DNA of 64,000 nucleotides. Source: Mytilus edulis. Its lineage: Eukaryota. The position numbers were made by a program, and so were the translations under genes. Shown here in pieces: positions 1 to 13,019 of this stretch (the stretch's first letter is position 1; every line of letters starts with the position of its first letter). The stretch spans positions 81,034,001 through 81,098,000 of the forward strand of contig NC_092348.1 in NCBI RefSeq assembly GCF_963676685.1, in the 5' to 3' direction. Below the pieces are notes generated by a model that made no database searches, had not been told where the DNA came from, and saw only the letters and a list, made by a program, of their open reading frames with translations.

Positions 1-489
1 TTCAAATATGTGGCTTTGCGCGTTCCTGGTGAACGTAAATCCACATAAGATTCAAACGCATGAACTTAATGATTTTATTTCATTTTTTTTTGTGTGGAAA
101 TATTGGAACTCTTGTTTTAAGTCTTTTCTAAGGCCTCTATATTAGAAAGTATCACTATGTTAGCTACTAAATCTATAAAATGTAAACACTCTGAAATATA
201 GTTCCCTATAACTCTCATTTCTGTGTACATATGCACCTATAAACATTTTGGGTTATATCTTTAGAGCAGTTCATTTAAGTAAGTATGTCTTTAGTTTTGT
301 CAACTGCATGGATAGTTATACAATTTTAATTTGGTAAGAGTAATGATACACTGTCGTCAACTACTGTTTGATACATGCTCACTTCAGGTGTAACTATTTC
401 AAACTGGTTGAAGATATCCCGCTTATATTAAGTTCGTTGAACTTTTTCGAAGAAACATTTAATAACAAATTATTGATATTTGAGACCAA

Positions 490-635
490 ATAAACTCATC
501 ATAATAAATAGGATTGACATTTTCTACATGCGCCAGACGCATGTTTCGTCTACAAAAGAATCATCAGTGACGTTCGAATAAAAAAAGGTTAAAAAGGCCA
601 AATAAAGTGCAAGTTTGAAGAGCATTGAGGACCTA
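490..635 (-). mobile_element. Decayed retrozyme-family fragment with degenerate hammerhead (530-573)
   Basis: The reverse complement reads CGTCA-CTGATGA-TTCTTTTGTAGAC-GAAA-CATGCG-TC-TGGCG, with the flanking CCTCAATGCTCTTCAAACTT motif. Confidence 0.7.
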
Positions 636-1397
636 CAACAACTAAGAACTTTCTGACGAAAATAGTTACACATTTAAACCATATCAAGGCAAACAACATG
701 GGCTCGTGAATCTGTATTGTAATAACCAGAGCTGTTGTACATTTACAAGAGTTAACTATAAAGTCAAGGTTAACTAAAAACGTTAAGTTGAGTTGTATTT
801 ACAAGGACATACAATACTAGTACCTAGTCATCTATGATGTATGAAACATGTTAAATGAGGATTTTGCTGACAATTAGCCTGAATAAATAAATGAGTTATA
901 TAACTCAGACCAACGGATTCCAACAAATGCGAGAAAAATATTATCCATTGCATGTCATGAAACAGTTACATTACCAAATTAGAATTGAAGCATCATGACC
1001 AGCATGCTCGGGTGACATTTATTTGTTCAGAAAAAAATAAAACTTATATACATTAAAGCTAAACAATACAAATCAATAAAAGCAATGGTTATAACATTAT
1101 ATTATGTGAACAGAAACACATTTCCTATCAATTAAAGGGACAAAAATAAAAAATAAAGTAATTTGAAGAAAAATTAGAATTAAACAAGTACAAACTTCTA
1201 AACAAACACTACACTTTTAATTTTAAGTTTTGAGTAGTTTTATGATGCACAAATCTAGGATGAAATATATTCTTTTTAAATTGTTTTAAATGTTTTACCT
1301 TGTACATCTTTAATATTACTTGATTGCACATTTATATTATAACAAGTGAGACAAAGACGAACAAAACAGGAACACTGATAAAGACCATTCTCTGTCT

Positions 1398-1591
1398 TTA
1401 GGCAATAGCCTGAGCTACTTTCTCTCGCTGTGTGATGGTGAACTTCTCATAGCATGTTATAACTCGGTTTCTCTGCTCTAGTTGTTTGAGCTCAAAATGT
1501 TCGGCTACTGTAGTTAACTGTGGGTTGTATAGACATCCTGCCATTAGTGATTCCGATCCTTCATCACCTACGTATATCACAAACACATCAG
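1398..1591 (-). CDS. Gene A last coding exon (ADVFVIYVGDEGS...LYNPQL...AQAIA*)
   Basis: Acceptor ATTTCAG. 194 nt long, the same length and phase as the last exon of gene B, with shared motifs. Confidence 0.88.
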
Positions 1592-4500
1592 CTGAAATAT
1601 AAATTCAGTTGAATTATGAAAATATGATTAAAGAAGATTTTGGGTATATGTCGATGAGCAGTAGATTAATAACGATATGGGAGTGCACTGAATCAAGGTA
1701 GTTTTCTCTTACGATTTAAATTTACAATATCCTTTAACCAAATGCGTGTCAATTACAATTCGATTAACCTACAGTCATTGTTTCCTGATGTTTTTTTTAT
1801 GGTACAAAAATGACACAATGGGTGTTTCCTTATATAAATAGTAGTTCTATATTTTCAAATGCGATTGTTATCACCAAAGAAGTTGTTCTTATAGCACAGA
1901 CTTGCAAAAATGGATACATCTGGTAAACAGTAAAAGATCCCGACAAAACATAGTTTAAATCAAGTCCAAGAATAAAACTAACCGCAACGATCTACAAAAG
2001 AGGGACGAAAGATACCAAAGGGACAGTCCAACTCATAAATCGAAAATGAACTGACAACGCCATGGCAAAAAAATGAAAAAGACAAACTGACAAATAATAG
2101 TACACATGACACAACATAAATAAAGTTTTGTTTTCAACCGACCCTCATTGTCAATTTCTAGATGTAAGTCAATAAAATGAGGCAGACTTAACTGTTTCTG
2201 TAGTATTCTTTATCTCTAGTTCGATGGGATATAAAAAGCGTTCAACATAGCCACCAAGTTTTGAATTATTTAGTGAAAGAACATTATCTATATAGCGGAA
2301 AGAAAGAAGTTCCTGTATGAAGTCAGCCTCATCATAATAAAGAAACAAGCTTAAGTCGACAAGAACAGGGGCACAATTGGTTCCCATTGGAATACTGACA
2401 GTCTGTTGAAAAACACGTCCTTCAAACGTAACAAATATGTTGTTAATAAGGAAATCAAGCATCTTGATAATGTCAGTTGCAGAGATATTTTTAATTAAAT
2501 CAGAGTGATTCTTTACAAAGTAGGATTTATCCCTCCCCAAGACAATATAATTGTATCTATGTTCGCCATTCTTTGTTGTGAAACAAAGAAAACACCAACA
2601 CTTTCAATTTGTCTTTTAGTTTGGAATGGGGAATAATTAGAATAGGCAGTTTTACAATAACGTTGAAGCCCGGCTTTGATTGCTGATAAAAAAGATGTTA
2701 ATAATTTAGAAAGAGGTTTCGTGAAGTACTTGGAAGATTGATTGATTGTTGGTTGCTTAACGTCTAGTGGCTGTACTTGGAAGACCCAGCAACATTTCGT
2801 TGTGTGTAAGGACACTCATGTAGTTTAGGTATCCAATACAGGGATGGAAGATCCAGTTCTTCATCTTTGGTTGAAATTCCAAAGGAACATAGAACAGAAC
2901 AAATATGAGAGAAACCATAAAACGACTACCACTAAAGTACAAGGCTCATGAATTGAGGAAGGCAGAACTAGATTGTTAGGGTGCTAAGTGCTCCACCAGA
3001 CATATGACTAGCGAACGTTGTGGTATGAAAGATTAACATAAGAACATCTTTTTAGACCAGGTTGAAAAGGAAACTGAACGTTTTCAGTTGCCGTTCTTTA
3101 CACAGAAAGCCTTACATCATGAATATTACTCGAAATGCATCGACATAGAAAATACAAACGTTCAGTTGATACACGAATGGGGTTGAAGTCAGATGTTGGA
3201 TGAAGATATTCCCGATGTTTCGAATTCTGATTCAAAATCCAATATTTGAAAATGAGTCTACTGGACAATGGAGTGAACGTACTAGAACAGCATATAACCA
3301 ATTTAGAAATAATGAGTTAAAGAACATCGACTGATCGAGCAAATTATAAGAAGAAACACGTGATGTGTCGAGTAATCCTAAAAGTTCGAGAAGTCAAGTT
3401 TACATGAAATGTCAAGAAAAGCGGATGACTCTATGCCTTGGCTGTATTTGGCGAAACTTTTAGTAGTTTTGATGTTCGTTGCTCTACAACTTCGTACTTT
3501 ATTTGGCCTGTTTTACTTTTTTGGAATCGAGCGTCACTGATGAGTCTTTTGTAGACGAGGCGTGCGTCTGGCGTAAATACAATTTGAATCCTGTTATCTA
3601 TGATGCGTTTATTTGCAACCACTGTGTCGATGCCACTGCTGCTGATGTTTTGATTCCCAGTAGGTATCAAAACGTCAGCACTACTCTGATTACATGAATC
3701 ATCATTGATATGGTCATATTAGACATGTTCACCATAAGCCGTAACCGAAACTGAATCCGAAACCGAAACCGATACCGAAACCAAAAAAAAAGGAGTGAGG
3801 TAAATAATAAATGTTTATAATGTTAAACTAACTCATCCCTTTAACTCCATTATATTGTTTTAAATTTGAATACACTAGATGGAGTATTACTTCAATTCAA
3901 CAATTTACATGCATCTATCTCACAGAGGAAAAAAAACTTCCTTTAGAAGCTAATTCTTTACCCTTCGAAGTCATTTGAACGCTTTGCTCCCGTTATCAAA
4001 TTCATGTTGAAATATAAATTCAACCTGGTGAATTCGATATCTAACTTTGTTGAAAGATCTTTGTGACTGTTCGTGTCAAAACAAATTGTTTGATTCTGTA
4101 ACAAGTGTCGGATATATTCCATTAAATGTTATTAAAGCTATATTGAAAATGTATAAAATATGATGTGCAGTATAAATGCTTATATTTATTTTTATAATAT
4201 ATATTCGATTTTCAAAATAATATTGAGACAAAGATAACAATATATATTGGTTTCACAGAAAAATAATGTTTAATTGATGCTGTTAGCCTCACGAGAACGA
4301 ACAACATATATAAATGATGTTTATATTTTAATAGTTTCCCAATTCATTTGGACCCCGATTATTACCTAATGAAAGTTTAAACCCATATCAAGAAAATGAC
4401 ATTTACCAGTAATGTATAAGACATGAAATCAATTTCTTCAGGATTACCGGTAAAACAGTATATAGTTTATAATTATATTTGATACGCATGCGAGGGCTAA

Positions 4501-7500
4501 ACAGAATAAGACCGAGGAATAAAGAAGCGATTCTTAAAAGCTGACACTTTCAAACTATCTATGAAATTTGGCAAATTCTTGATCAAGCTTTCCGATCAAC
4601 GATAACATGGCTTCAGCTAAAGAATGGGAATCTATATAGCTATGAAAGGTGATTGGCCAGAATTTGATGACGCAGTTGGATCTATTGATGACCCCCCCCC
4701 CCCCCTTTATAGAACAAATCGTCCAACCAAAAGCTTGGCGTTGTTTTATACTGGAAATCGTCATATACACTGTATTCATACACAAGTCATGATAGACACA
4801 GAAAGAAACTAGAGGCTCTCAAGAGCCTGTGTCGCTCACCTTGGTCTATGTGAATATTAAACAATGGACACAGATAAATTCATGACATAATTGTGTTTTG
4901 GTGATGGAGATGTGTTTGTAGATCTTACTTTACTGAACATTCTTCTTGCTACAATTATCTCTATCTATAATGAACTTGGCCCAGTAATTACAGTGGAAAA
5001 TATTTTCTAAAAATTTACAAAAATTTATAAAAAATGCTAACAATTAACTATAAAGGGCAATAACTCCTTACGGGTCACATTTTTTAAACTAGATACCCTA
5101 ATGATGATTGTGGCCAAGTTTGGTTTAATTTGGCCCAGTAGTTTCAGAGGAGAAGATTTTTGTAAAAGATTTCTAAGATTTACGAAAAAATGGTTGAAAT
5201 TTGACTATAAAGGGCAATAACTCCTAAAGGGATCAACTGACCATTTCGTTCGTGTTGACGTATTTGTTAATCTTACTTTGCTGAACATTATTGCTGTTTA
5301 CAGTTTATCTCTATTTATAATACCCCTATGTTCTATTTTCAGCCATGGCGGCCATCTTGGTTGGTTGGACGGGTCACGCCACACATTTTTTTAAACTACA
5401 TACCCCAAAGATGATTGTGGCCAAGTTTGGATTATTTGGTCCAGTAGTTTAAGAGGAGAAGATTTTTGTAAAAGATTTCTAAGAATTACGAAAAATGGTT
5501 AAAAATTGACTATAAAGGTCAATAACTCCTAAAGAGGTCAACTGACCATTTTGGTCATGTTGACTTATTTGTAAATTTAACTTTGCTGAACATTATTGCT
5601 GTTTACAGTTTATCGATATCTATAATAATATTCAAGATAATAACCAAAAACAGCAAAAATTCCCTACAATTACCAATTCAGGGGCAGCAACCCAACAACG
5701 GGTTGTCGAATTCATCTGAAAATTTGAGGGCAGAAAGATCTTGACCTGAGAAACAATTTTACCCCATGTCAGATTTGCTCTAAATGCTTTGGTTTTTGAG
5801 TTATAAGCCAAAAACTGCATTTTACCCCTATGTTCTATTTTCAGCCATGGCGGCCATCTTGGTTGGTTGGACGGGTCACGCCACACATTTTTTTAAACTA
5901 CATACCCCAAAGATGATTGTGGCCAAGTTTGGATTATTTGGTCCAGTAGTTTAAGAGGAGAAGATTTTTGTAAAGGATTTCTAAGATTTACGAAAAATGG
6001 TTAAAAATTGACTATAAAGGTCAATAACTCCTAAAGGGGTCAACTGACCATTTTGGTCATGTTGACTTATTTGTAAATTTAACTTTGCTGAACATTATTG
6101 CTGTTTACAGTTTATCGATATCTATAATAATATTCAAGATAATAACCAAAAACAGCAAAAATTCCCTACAATTACCAATTCAGGGGCAGCAACCCAACAA
6201 CAGGTTGTCGGATTCATCTGAAAACTTGAGGGCAGAAAGATCTTGACCTGATAAACAATTTTACCCCATGTCAGATTTGCTCTAAATGCTTTGGTTTTTG
6301 AGTTATAAGCCAAAAACTGCATTTTACCCCTTTGTTCTATTGTTAGCCATGATGGCCATCTTGGTTGGTTGGCCGGGTCACGCCACACATTTTTTTAAAC
6401 TAGATACCCCAAAGATGATTGTGGCCAAGTTTGGATTAATTTGGCCCAGTAGTTTCAGAGGAGAAGATTTTTGTAAAAGTTAACGACGACGGACGACGGA
6501 CGCCAAGTGATGGGAAAAGCATGTGAGCTAAAAAAAAAGGTACATCAAAACTGTTTTCCTAGGTCCAAACAATGACACCGATGACTAACAGATTGAAGGA
6601 TGTGAACGGTTCATACGATATATTTTGTTACTTATTTAGCTATACCATTTATCCATCTGAACATCCAAATGCAACACCATATACTATTAGGCAGCTACGC
6701 AATCAAAATGCAATTATTCACGATCAACGCAAATGTGCAAATGAAAAGATTCGTACAAGAAGAGTTTATGTAGAAAGACGAATGATAGTTTATACATATA
6801 TGTTCTCTTTATAGAATTAGTCGGAACGATATTGCACTTATTGTAGATCTATGTGGAGCTCTTTCCCCACGACGAAACCTGCTACGTGATTAATATACAT
6901 CATAAATATATTGTATCAACATCTTAAAATGTCAGTTTATATTTAATCTATGAGTTTGACTCTTCCTCTGGTATCTTTCGCCCTTATTTTATATATATTT
7001 GAATTAGTGTATTTGATAATGGTTGTTTTTAACTTAATCTTTTGATAGATTTCTGTGAATTAATGAATTGAAGTAATACTCTAGCTAGTGTATTCAATTT
7101 TCATACACTAAAATGGAGTAAAGGATTGAGTTAATTAACATTACAAACATTTACCATTTACCTCACTACTATTTTTGGTTTCTATATCGGTTTCGGTTTC
7201 GGATTTGGTTTCGATATCGGCTTATGGTGAGTATGTCTATTTGTAGATTGACTATTTACCGGGATTTGAATATTTATAATTCTTATGCTTTTTACCTCGG
7301 GATTGGATGGCCGTGGCTGTATTTGGCGACACTTTTCGGAGTTTTGGTCTTCGGTGCTCTTCAACTTCGTACTTTATTTGGCCTTTTTACATTTTTGGAA
7401 TTCAGCGTCACTGGTGAGTCTTTGTAGACGGGGCGCGAGACTGGCGTAAATACAAAATTTGAATCCTGGTATCTATGATGAGTTTATTTACCGACACACT

Positions 7501-10500
7501 GTATAACTCAATTCTAACATAACTACCATATTTTGCATCTAAAAACTTCACAAGTTTATGGTAGAATCCTTTATTTCTGGAGCTTAATGCAGTAGTTGTC
7601 ATTAATTTTCTGAATGTTTTTTATTTGATGGCGACCAATATGTCCCGTCTGTCTTATATACCTATATGGAGCTATTTTCTTTCAGAACGACAGGTCATTC
7701 TTTTTCAGAATCAACCCGGACGATACCAAGTTTCAATTAAATATGTTCAAAGGCATAAAATAATGACCTGTGTGAGGTCATTATTTTCCTTGATAAAAAT
7801 GCAATTTATAATTTACTTCAAAATTTTATTCGTCTGATAGTTTTTTGTTGCCGATTTGGAAATGTATTTTTTAAAGTTCAATCGATGATAGATGTATTTT
7901 AATTTTAGAAACAAATAACATGAAGTTTTGTTACTTGTTAATTTATCGATACAATAAAGAAAAACCTTAAAATATGCATTATCTATAACATAACTGCATT
8001 CCGGTCCCATTTCACGACGATGCCAATTTAAGAGCGGAATATGCCTACCCTAAGGGCACACAGGAGATCAGGCTATTTAAAGTGAGGCCCGTTTAGCACT
8101 GTCTTTAGATTTCAATGTTGTAATTTGTGTACTTTTGTTTCTCTGTTGAGCATTTTCTTCTTTTATTCATGACGTTGTCAGTTTATTTTTTTGACTAATT
8201 AGTTCGTATGTACCTTTGTTTTGGGGTCAAAAAGAAAAATCTTACTGTACAAAATTAATCCTTGATTCTTCAAAGTTCAGTTTAGCCATAATTAAAAGGA
8301 GTATATAACAGCAATAGAGAGACATAAACACTAGAATAAAACTGTTAAGATTTCAGGCGGAATTTATACTGTTGAGATAGTGTTAAGACATATTTAAGAC
8401 TCAGGAATGGGTCAAGACATATTCAGACATTATTTAGAATGTCAAGAATATGTCAAGACTGATCGAGACAAATTTAAGACAGTCAAGAATTGATCGAGAC
8501 TGATCCATACTCTTATAAGATAATACAGGAAGTGTCGAGAAATATTTAGACAATGTTCATACTGTCAAGACACTGGTCAACAAAATCAAGAACCTTATTA
8601 GACAAATTCATACCATATCAAGATTTGTTTTTAAATTATTCAGACAAATTAAGAATGTCGAGCAAAAATACATTCAAATTCAGACAAAAACTGGTCTTTT
8701 CAGACTTTTTGACTTTTGTAGTGCAAGCTTCAGTAACCATGTAACCTCAAGTTTCCAAAATATTTTACAGAAGCACCAAATTTAAAACATGAGGGCTCTT
8801 TAAACTACCCAAGATATATGTTTATGACCTAGAAATGTTTTACTGCAATGAGATGAAAGAATTAGGTACCTTCAACTGTCAAATTCAAGGGAATATTGTT
8901 TTAGACCTTGTTTCGTATGTAACAGGATGTGACGTACTATGATTTGGTGGTATTACACCTAAAATGTCTTTGCAAAACTTCATATTTTAATTCTCTCTAA
9001 CTGACATACGCATCAAAATGTCGGACAGTATATCTATTATACGATATATGATGGTACGCCCTAATGAACATTCTATCACGATAAAACCTACCTCCCATTT
9101 TACGGCAGGCCTGTACGGTTAATAATTTAATATCTTCTTCATCTTCACCTGGGGTCTCTAAAATAACATCTTTCTGGTTGTGGTCAACAAACACCAATAT
9201 AACTTTACAGTGAGGTATTTTCAACACACTTTTATCGTTGGTGACCACGAAATCTGCTTCGTCCATTTTTTTAATCCTCAGTCGACCCTCAACACTTGGT
9301 CTGGTGATTCTTCTATGTTTATTGTGTGTTTCTTGACTGAAACTTATAACACAGAACTTGTTTTCCAGTTCTTCTGGTTGTCTTCTCTTTATTTGTTCAA
9401 CAATACTTAGGGACTCCTGAAAATGATATTTTTGACTATTATGGCTCTTAGCTTGAAAAGTCTAGCTTCTGATTTGATACCATAAGAATGGGTCGTAATG
9501 GGGGTACCTTCGAATAAGGATAAAAATTATTTGCAAAATGAAGTTAACGTTAATTTTGGTGAATGACGATAAAATATACACTTTCTTTTCTTTTTTCGTG
9601 TTAGACGAATGATGTTATTTTTTTCCGAACATACTGGTAACGATAATCATTTGACACTGAAATTAAAGGGTTAAAGTTATAATTCCCTTATAATCAGAAT
9701 CAGGGCCAAATGATAGATCGGACAAAGTTTAATCACAATTGGCCCAGTGGTTTTACAATAGAAAGTTATATATAATTTTTGCATTAAAAAGACAAAACAT
9801 GCAGGCCTATTGAAATAAAAGACTGTTGGCAGGAGAGGCAAAATGATATACAAAAATGAACATTTTAGTAAGACGTCAATTACCACTGAACTAGTACACC
9901 TGTTTGTTTAGGGGCCAGCTGAAGCACGCCTTACGGTTGCAGGATTTTCGAGCTATATTGATCAATACCTTTTGGTGGTCTTCGGCGGTTTTCTACTCTT
10001 TGGTCGGGTTGTTGTCACTTTGAAACATTACATTCTCAATTTTAACCTTGCATAATACGCATATCTGATCCATCCCCATCCACATTCAATCATTCAAATA
10101 TGAAATACATTGTGACATATATCAATTCTCTTGGTACAGCAAGGCCAGCTGCATTTGGCTTACATTCGTCTGTTATCATTTTTGCACAATTCAGCGGATG
10201 TTATTCTTCTCATGGGCGCATCCAGAACTTTTCATAGGGGACCTAAATGAACCAATTCCAGTCATGCTTCAGTGATTCTCTGTATGATCAACCAAAAATC
10301 CCCCCCCCCCGAAATTTACCTTTGCTTCTTATTAGAAAAAAATAAAGTGTACTTACATACTGCAAAGATGGCTTATCCTTGTTTTCTGTTAGATATCTTA
10401 TTTTCTTTTCAATATCATCAATTTTGTGCTTTCTGCTATATAACAGACCCCCACATATTGACAAAACAGTGATAACAAAAGCAACAGTTGTTCTCTGTAC

Positions 10501-13019
10501 CAGTACCCATTTGTCTTCTATATCTAAAACAAAGTGTACCCATAAATCAAAATTCACATTTGTATGAACTATCATGAAAGACGTTATACTACTAATTTTA
10601 ACATACTGCAAGGGTTGTTTATCCTTGTTTTCTGTCTATTCCATGTCCTTCTGTTATAAAACTGATTACCCTGTACGGTGAAAACAACCAGAACAAAAAC
10701 AACAGTCATTTTCTGTACCAGTAACAATTTTTCTCCGATATTTAATAAAAAAGATACGATGTAAATAATTTCGAATTAAATCTTCTGCATTGTTAAACAG
10801 ACACAACATTATAACTTATTCATATATTTGTTTTGAAACTTCTCTTTCACCGGGTTGAAGGCAAATAAAGGTAACAGTATCCCGTTTTTCAAAAGTCAAT
10901 AATTGATTCAGAGAAAGCAAATCCGGGTAACAAACTGAATCCGAAGGAAACATATCAACTATTAATGTAAGAGGAAAACAACGAAACAACAGAAACACTG
11001 AGGTGCAAAAAACATCGACAATGCGACATACATAGAAACGAACTATTAGATGAAAACTACTATATTCTTGACTTGGTACAGGACAATTAAAGAAAATTGG
11101 TGGGTTAAACCTTGTATGTGGCTAGCCGAACCTCGGGCTTTATGACAATGTTAAATATCCGCTAACTTGACAACATTACATGACAGGAACACAGTACAAA
11201 TAAATGCAAAAAAAAATCAGGACAGAGAAATACAAAAGTAAATAATATAATAGTACATTTCGACATGTTAACCACAGAATTACAAACAATACCATAAATA
11301 ATTACGGACAGTACACAAAACCAGCATAATATAATTACGAACTATGCAAAATCCTCCTCTCAAATGAATAGTAAATTAGGTGAATTCAAACATACATGCG
11401 ACTTAGAATTACGGTACTTACCTGTACTCAGAATTTCTGTAGTTTTGTTTAACATGTGTAATCTGTCGGGTATTTTTGTGATCTCTTCACCATGGGTTTT
11501 TACTTCTTTTATTACAGAACCGACTGATTGATCTGTTTTATCTAATTTCACTCCTATTTTCAATATTTCTTTATGTTGTACAGTTTCCACTAATACCTTT
11601 AAGTTGGCTGACATCATACATTCTGTACTTAAGCGAGCATCAATGGTAGAAACATTCTGATAAATTGTTTTCACATCTTTTTTAATCATTTTATAAAAAC
11701 TGTTTACGTTTGCATCATTATCAAAAACATAATTTTGAGTAAAGTTTTTTAACTGAATCAATTCTTTATAGTTATCGTGCATCTTTTGACTAAACCTGTT
11801 GTTTTCTTGTTGTAAAAATGATGAATCTTTGTTAAATTTTTTCATCTGCATATTCACATTTCTAAGTCTTTCAGTATTGCCATTGAGATCATCTTTTAAA
11901 GTGAGACATTGTTCAATAGATATTTTTACTGTATTCATTTCTTCTTTAATTGTCCCAATAATAATATCTTGATCTGTTATCACAGTTTCTAGCTTTTTAA
12001 CCACGCTATCTAACTCAGACTTTTTCTTGCTCAACACTTCTTTCATTTTTGTTTCAAAATCAATTCCTATTGATCCAACCGACAGAATAAGTTCACTTAT
12101 TTTTTTACTGGCAACTGTCATTCTTTCTTCATTTCTTTTAATTCTTTTTATCGATACTGTACAACTTTCTGTCTTCCTTACAAGATTAGAAATTTTTACA
12201 TTGGATTCTGTCTCTAACTGATTTACTTTTGCAAGCAAACTTTGAGTTCTGGACTGTAAAGTTGCAACTTTTGTATACAATGATAAATTGAAAATAAGGA
12301 TCCCCAATATTCTGAAATGAAACAAATGATTGTGTAAGTATGCTTGCAGGAAAAAAATTAAATCACAAAAATACTGAAATTCGAAAAAAATTCAAAACGG
12401 ACATAAAAAAGTCCCTAATCAAATGGCAAACTCAAAAGCCCAATCACATCACACTAATGGATAACAACTATCAGATTTCTCACTTGGTACAGGCATTTTC
12501 TTATGTAGAAAAATGTGGATTGAACCTTGTTTTATACCTAGCTAAAGCTCCCACTTGTATGATAGTCACCATACTCGCGTTTTATTTAAACCACTACAAA
12601 GGAAAACCCTTGTTAAAACAAAATATCAAAAGTTTGCTTCCGTTCTAAATCTCAACATTGTGTTACATTTTGGTGGTGTGTTTCTATTGTGTCATAGTTC
12701 TCCTCTTATAATTGATGTGTTTTCCTCAGTTTTAGTTTGTAACCCAGATTTGGTTTTTTTTTTCTCAATCGATTGATGAATTTCGAACAGCGGTATACTA
12801 CTGTTTCCTTTATTTTCGAATGAAATCTGAAGAACATCTTTTTTTTCACAGATATCTTTCACTAATAGTTGTCACCCTTATTTTTAACTTCCTTATGCAA
12901 ATTATATGTTTTTTGATTAACAATCTGTACGAAATAATAAAACAAAAATATATATACCCCAACAACAGAATTATTAATAAAGACAGTTGTCTGTAAACAT
13001 AATGATTCTCTGAGGTCAT
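1398..13019 (-). CDS. Gene A (5 coding exons: 13019-12958, 12311-11422, 10523-10357, 9416-9092, 1591-1398), 545 aa: TM1 - coiled coil - TM2 - cytosolic alpha/beta (TIR/SEFIR-like) domain protein
   Basis: All introns are GT-AG. Exon lengths 62+890+167+325+194=1638 nt splice in frame to a single stop. The intron phases match paralog B and the C-terminal domains align without gaps. The start codon is less certain. Confidence 0.85.
2100..2900 (-). mobile_element. Penelope-like retroelement RT remnant (degenerate)
   Basis: FLINNIFVTFEGRVFQQTVSIPMGTNCAP and FRYIDNVLSLNN motifs. Upstream TKPLSKLLTSFLSAIK is also PLE-RT-like. Confidence 0.75.
3430..3720 (+). mobile_element. Decayed retrozyme, left part (hammerhead at ~3531-3574; GAAA mutated to GAGG)
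   Basis: Homologous to the 354-bp unit and interrupted at 3720 by a TIR element. Confidence 0.75.
3721..7238. mobile_element. Non-autonomous TIR DNA transposon, PIF/Harbinger-like (~180-bp imperfect TIRs, 3-bp ATT TSD)
   Basis: Left end AGACATGTTCACCATAAGCCG...(CCGAAA)n...GAGTATTACTTCAATTCA, with its inverted counterpart at 7064-7238. ATT at 3718-3720 and 7239-7241. Confidence 0.72.
4807..6538 (+). mobile_element. Helentron/HINE-like non-autonomous element with internal ~502-bp tandem repeats
   Basis: CCCTATGTTCTATT..GCCATGGCGGCCATCTTGG recurs at ~5324, 5827 and 6329. It ends in a (GAC/GGAC)n microsatellite followed by GAGCTAAAAA. Confidence 0.65.
7242..7490 (+). mobile_element. Decayed retrozyme, right part (degenerate hammerhead at ~7405-7447)
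   Basis: Continues the unit from the point where it was interrupted at 3720. Confidence 0.72.
8329..8723. mobile_element. Possible CACTA-type MITE with internal TCAAGAC-like subrepeats
   Basis: CACTA at 8329, TAGTG at 8719-8723 and many (GT)CAAGAC units. The TSD is not clean. Confidence 0.4.
9092..9416 (-). CDS. Gene A coding exon 4: N-terminal part of the cytosolic alpha/beta domain (ENKFCVISFSQET...VILVFVDHNQKDVILETPG...TVQACRKMG)
   Basis: Acceptor TTTTCAG and donor G|GTAGGT. Clearly homologous to 28301-28619. Confidence 0.88.
10357..10523 (-). CDS. Gene A coding exon 3: TM2 (TTVAFVITVLSICGGLLY) followed by basic SRKHK
   Basis: Acceptor TTTGTTTTAG and donor TAT|GTAAGT. Phase 1 in and phase 0 out, exactly as needed to join exons 2 and 4. 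Confidence 0.82.
10603..10745 (-). pseudogene. Degenerate tandem duplicate (pseudo-exon) of gene A TM2 exon
   Basis: Shares TACTGGTACAGA..ACTGTTG.TTTTGTT and ACAGAAAACAAGGATAA....TTGCAGTATGT with exon 3. It has an internal deletion and has lost the acceptor AG. Confidence 0.75.
11422..12311 (-). CDS. Gene A coding exon 2: end of TM1 plus ~285-aa coiled coil
   Basis: Lies within ORF 11360..12325. Acceptor TTTCATTTCAG and donor G|GTAAGT. K/E-rich heptad-like sequence. Confidence 0.88.
12958..13019 (-). CDS. Gene A coding exon 1: MTSENHYVYRQLSLLIILLLG (short tail plus first half of TM1)
   Basis: ATG at 13019 and donor GG|GTATAT in phase 2. It joins ILGILIFNLSLY of the next exon to give one continuous hydrophobic helix. 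An acceptor-like TTTTATTTTAG lies near 13134. Confidence 0.7.

Noticed and set aside
5632-6483. Duplicated 84-aa ORFs (MWRDPSNQPRW...)
   Set aside because: They fall within the 502-bp tandem units of a non-coding repeat element.
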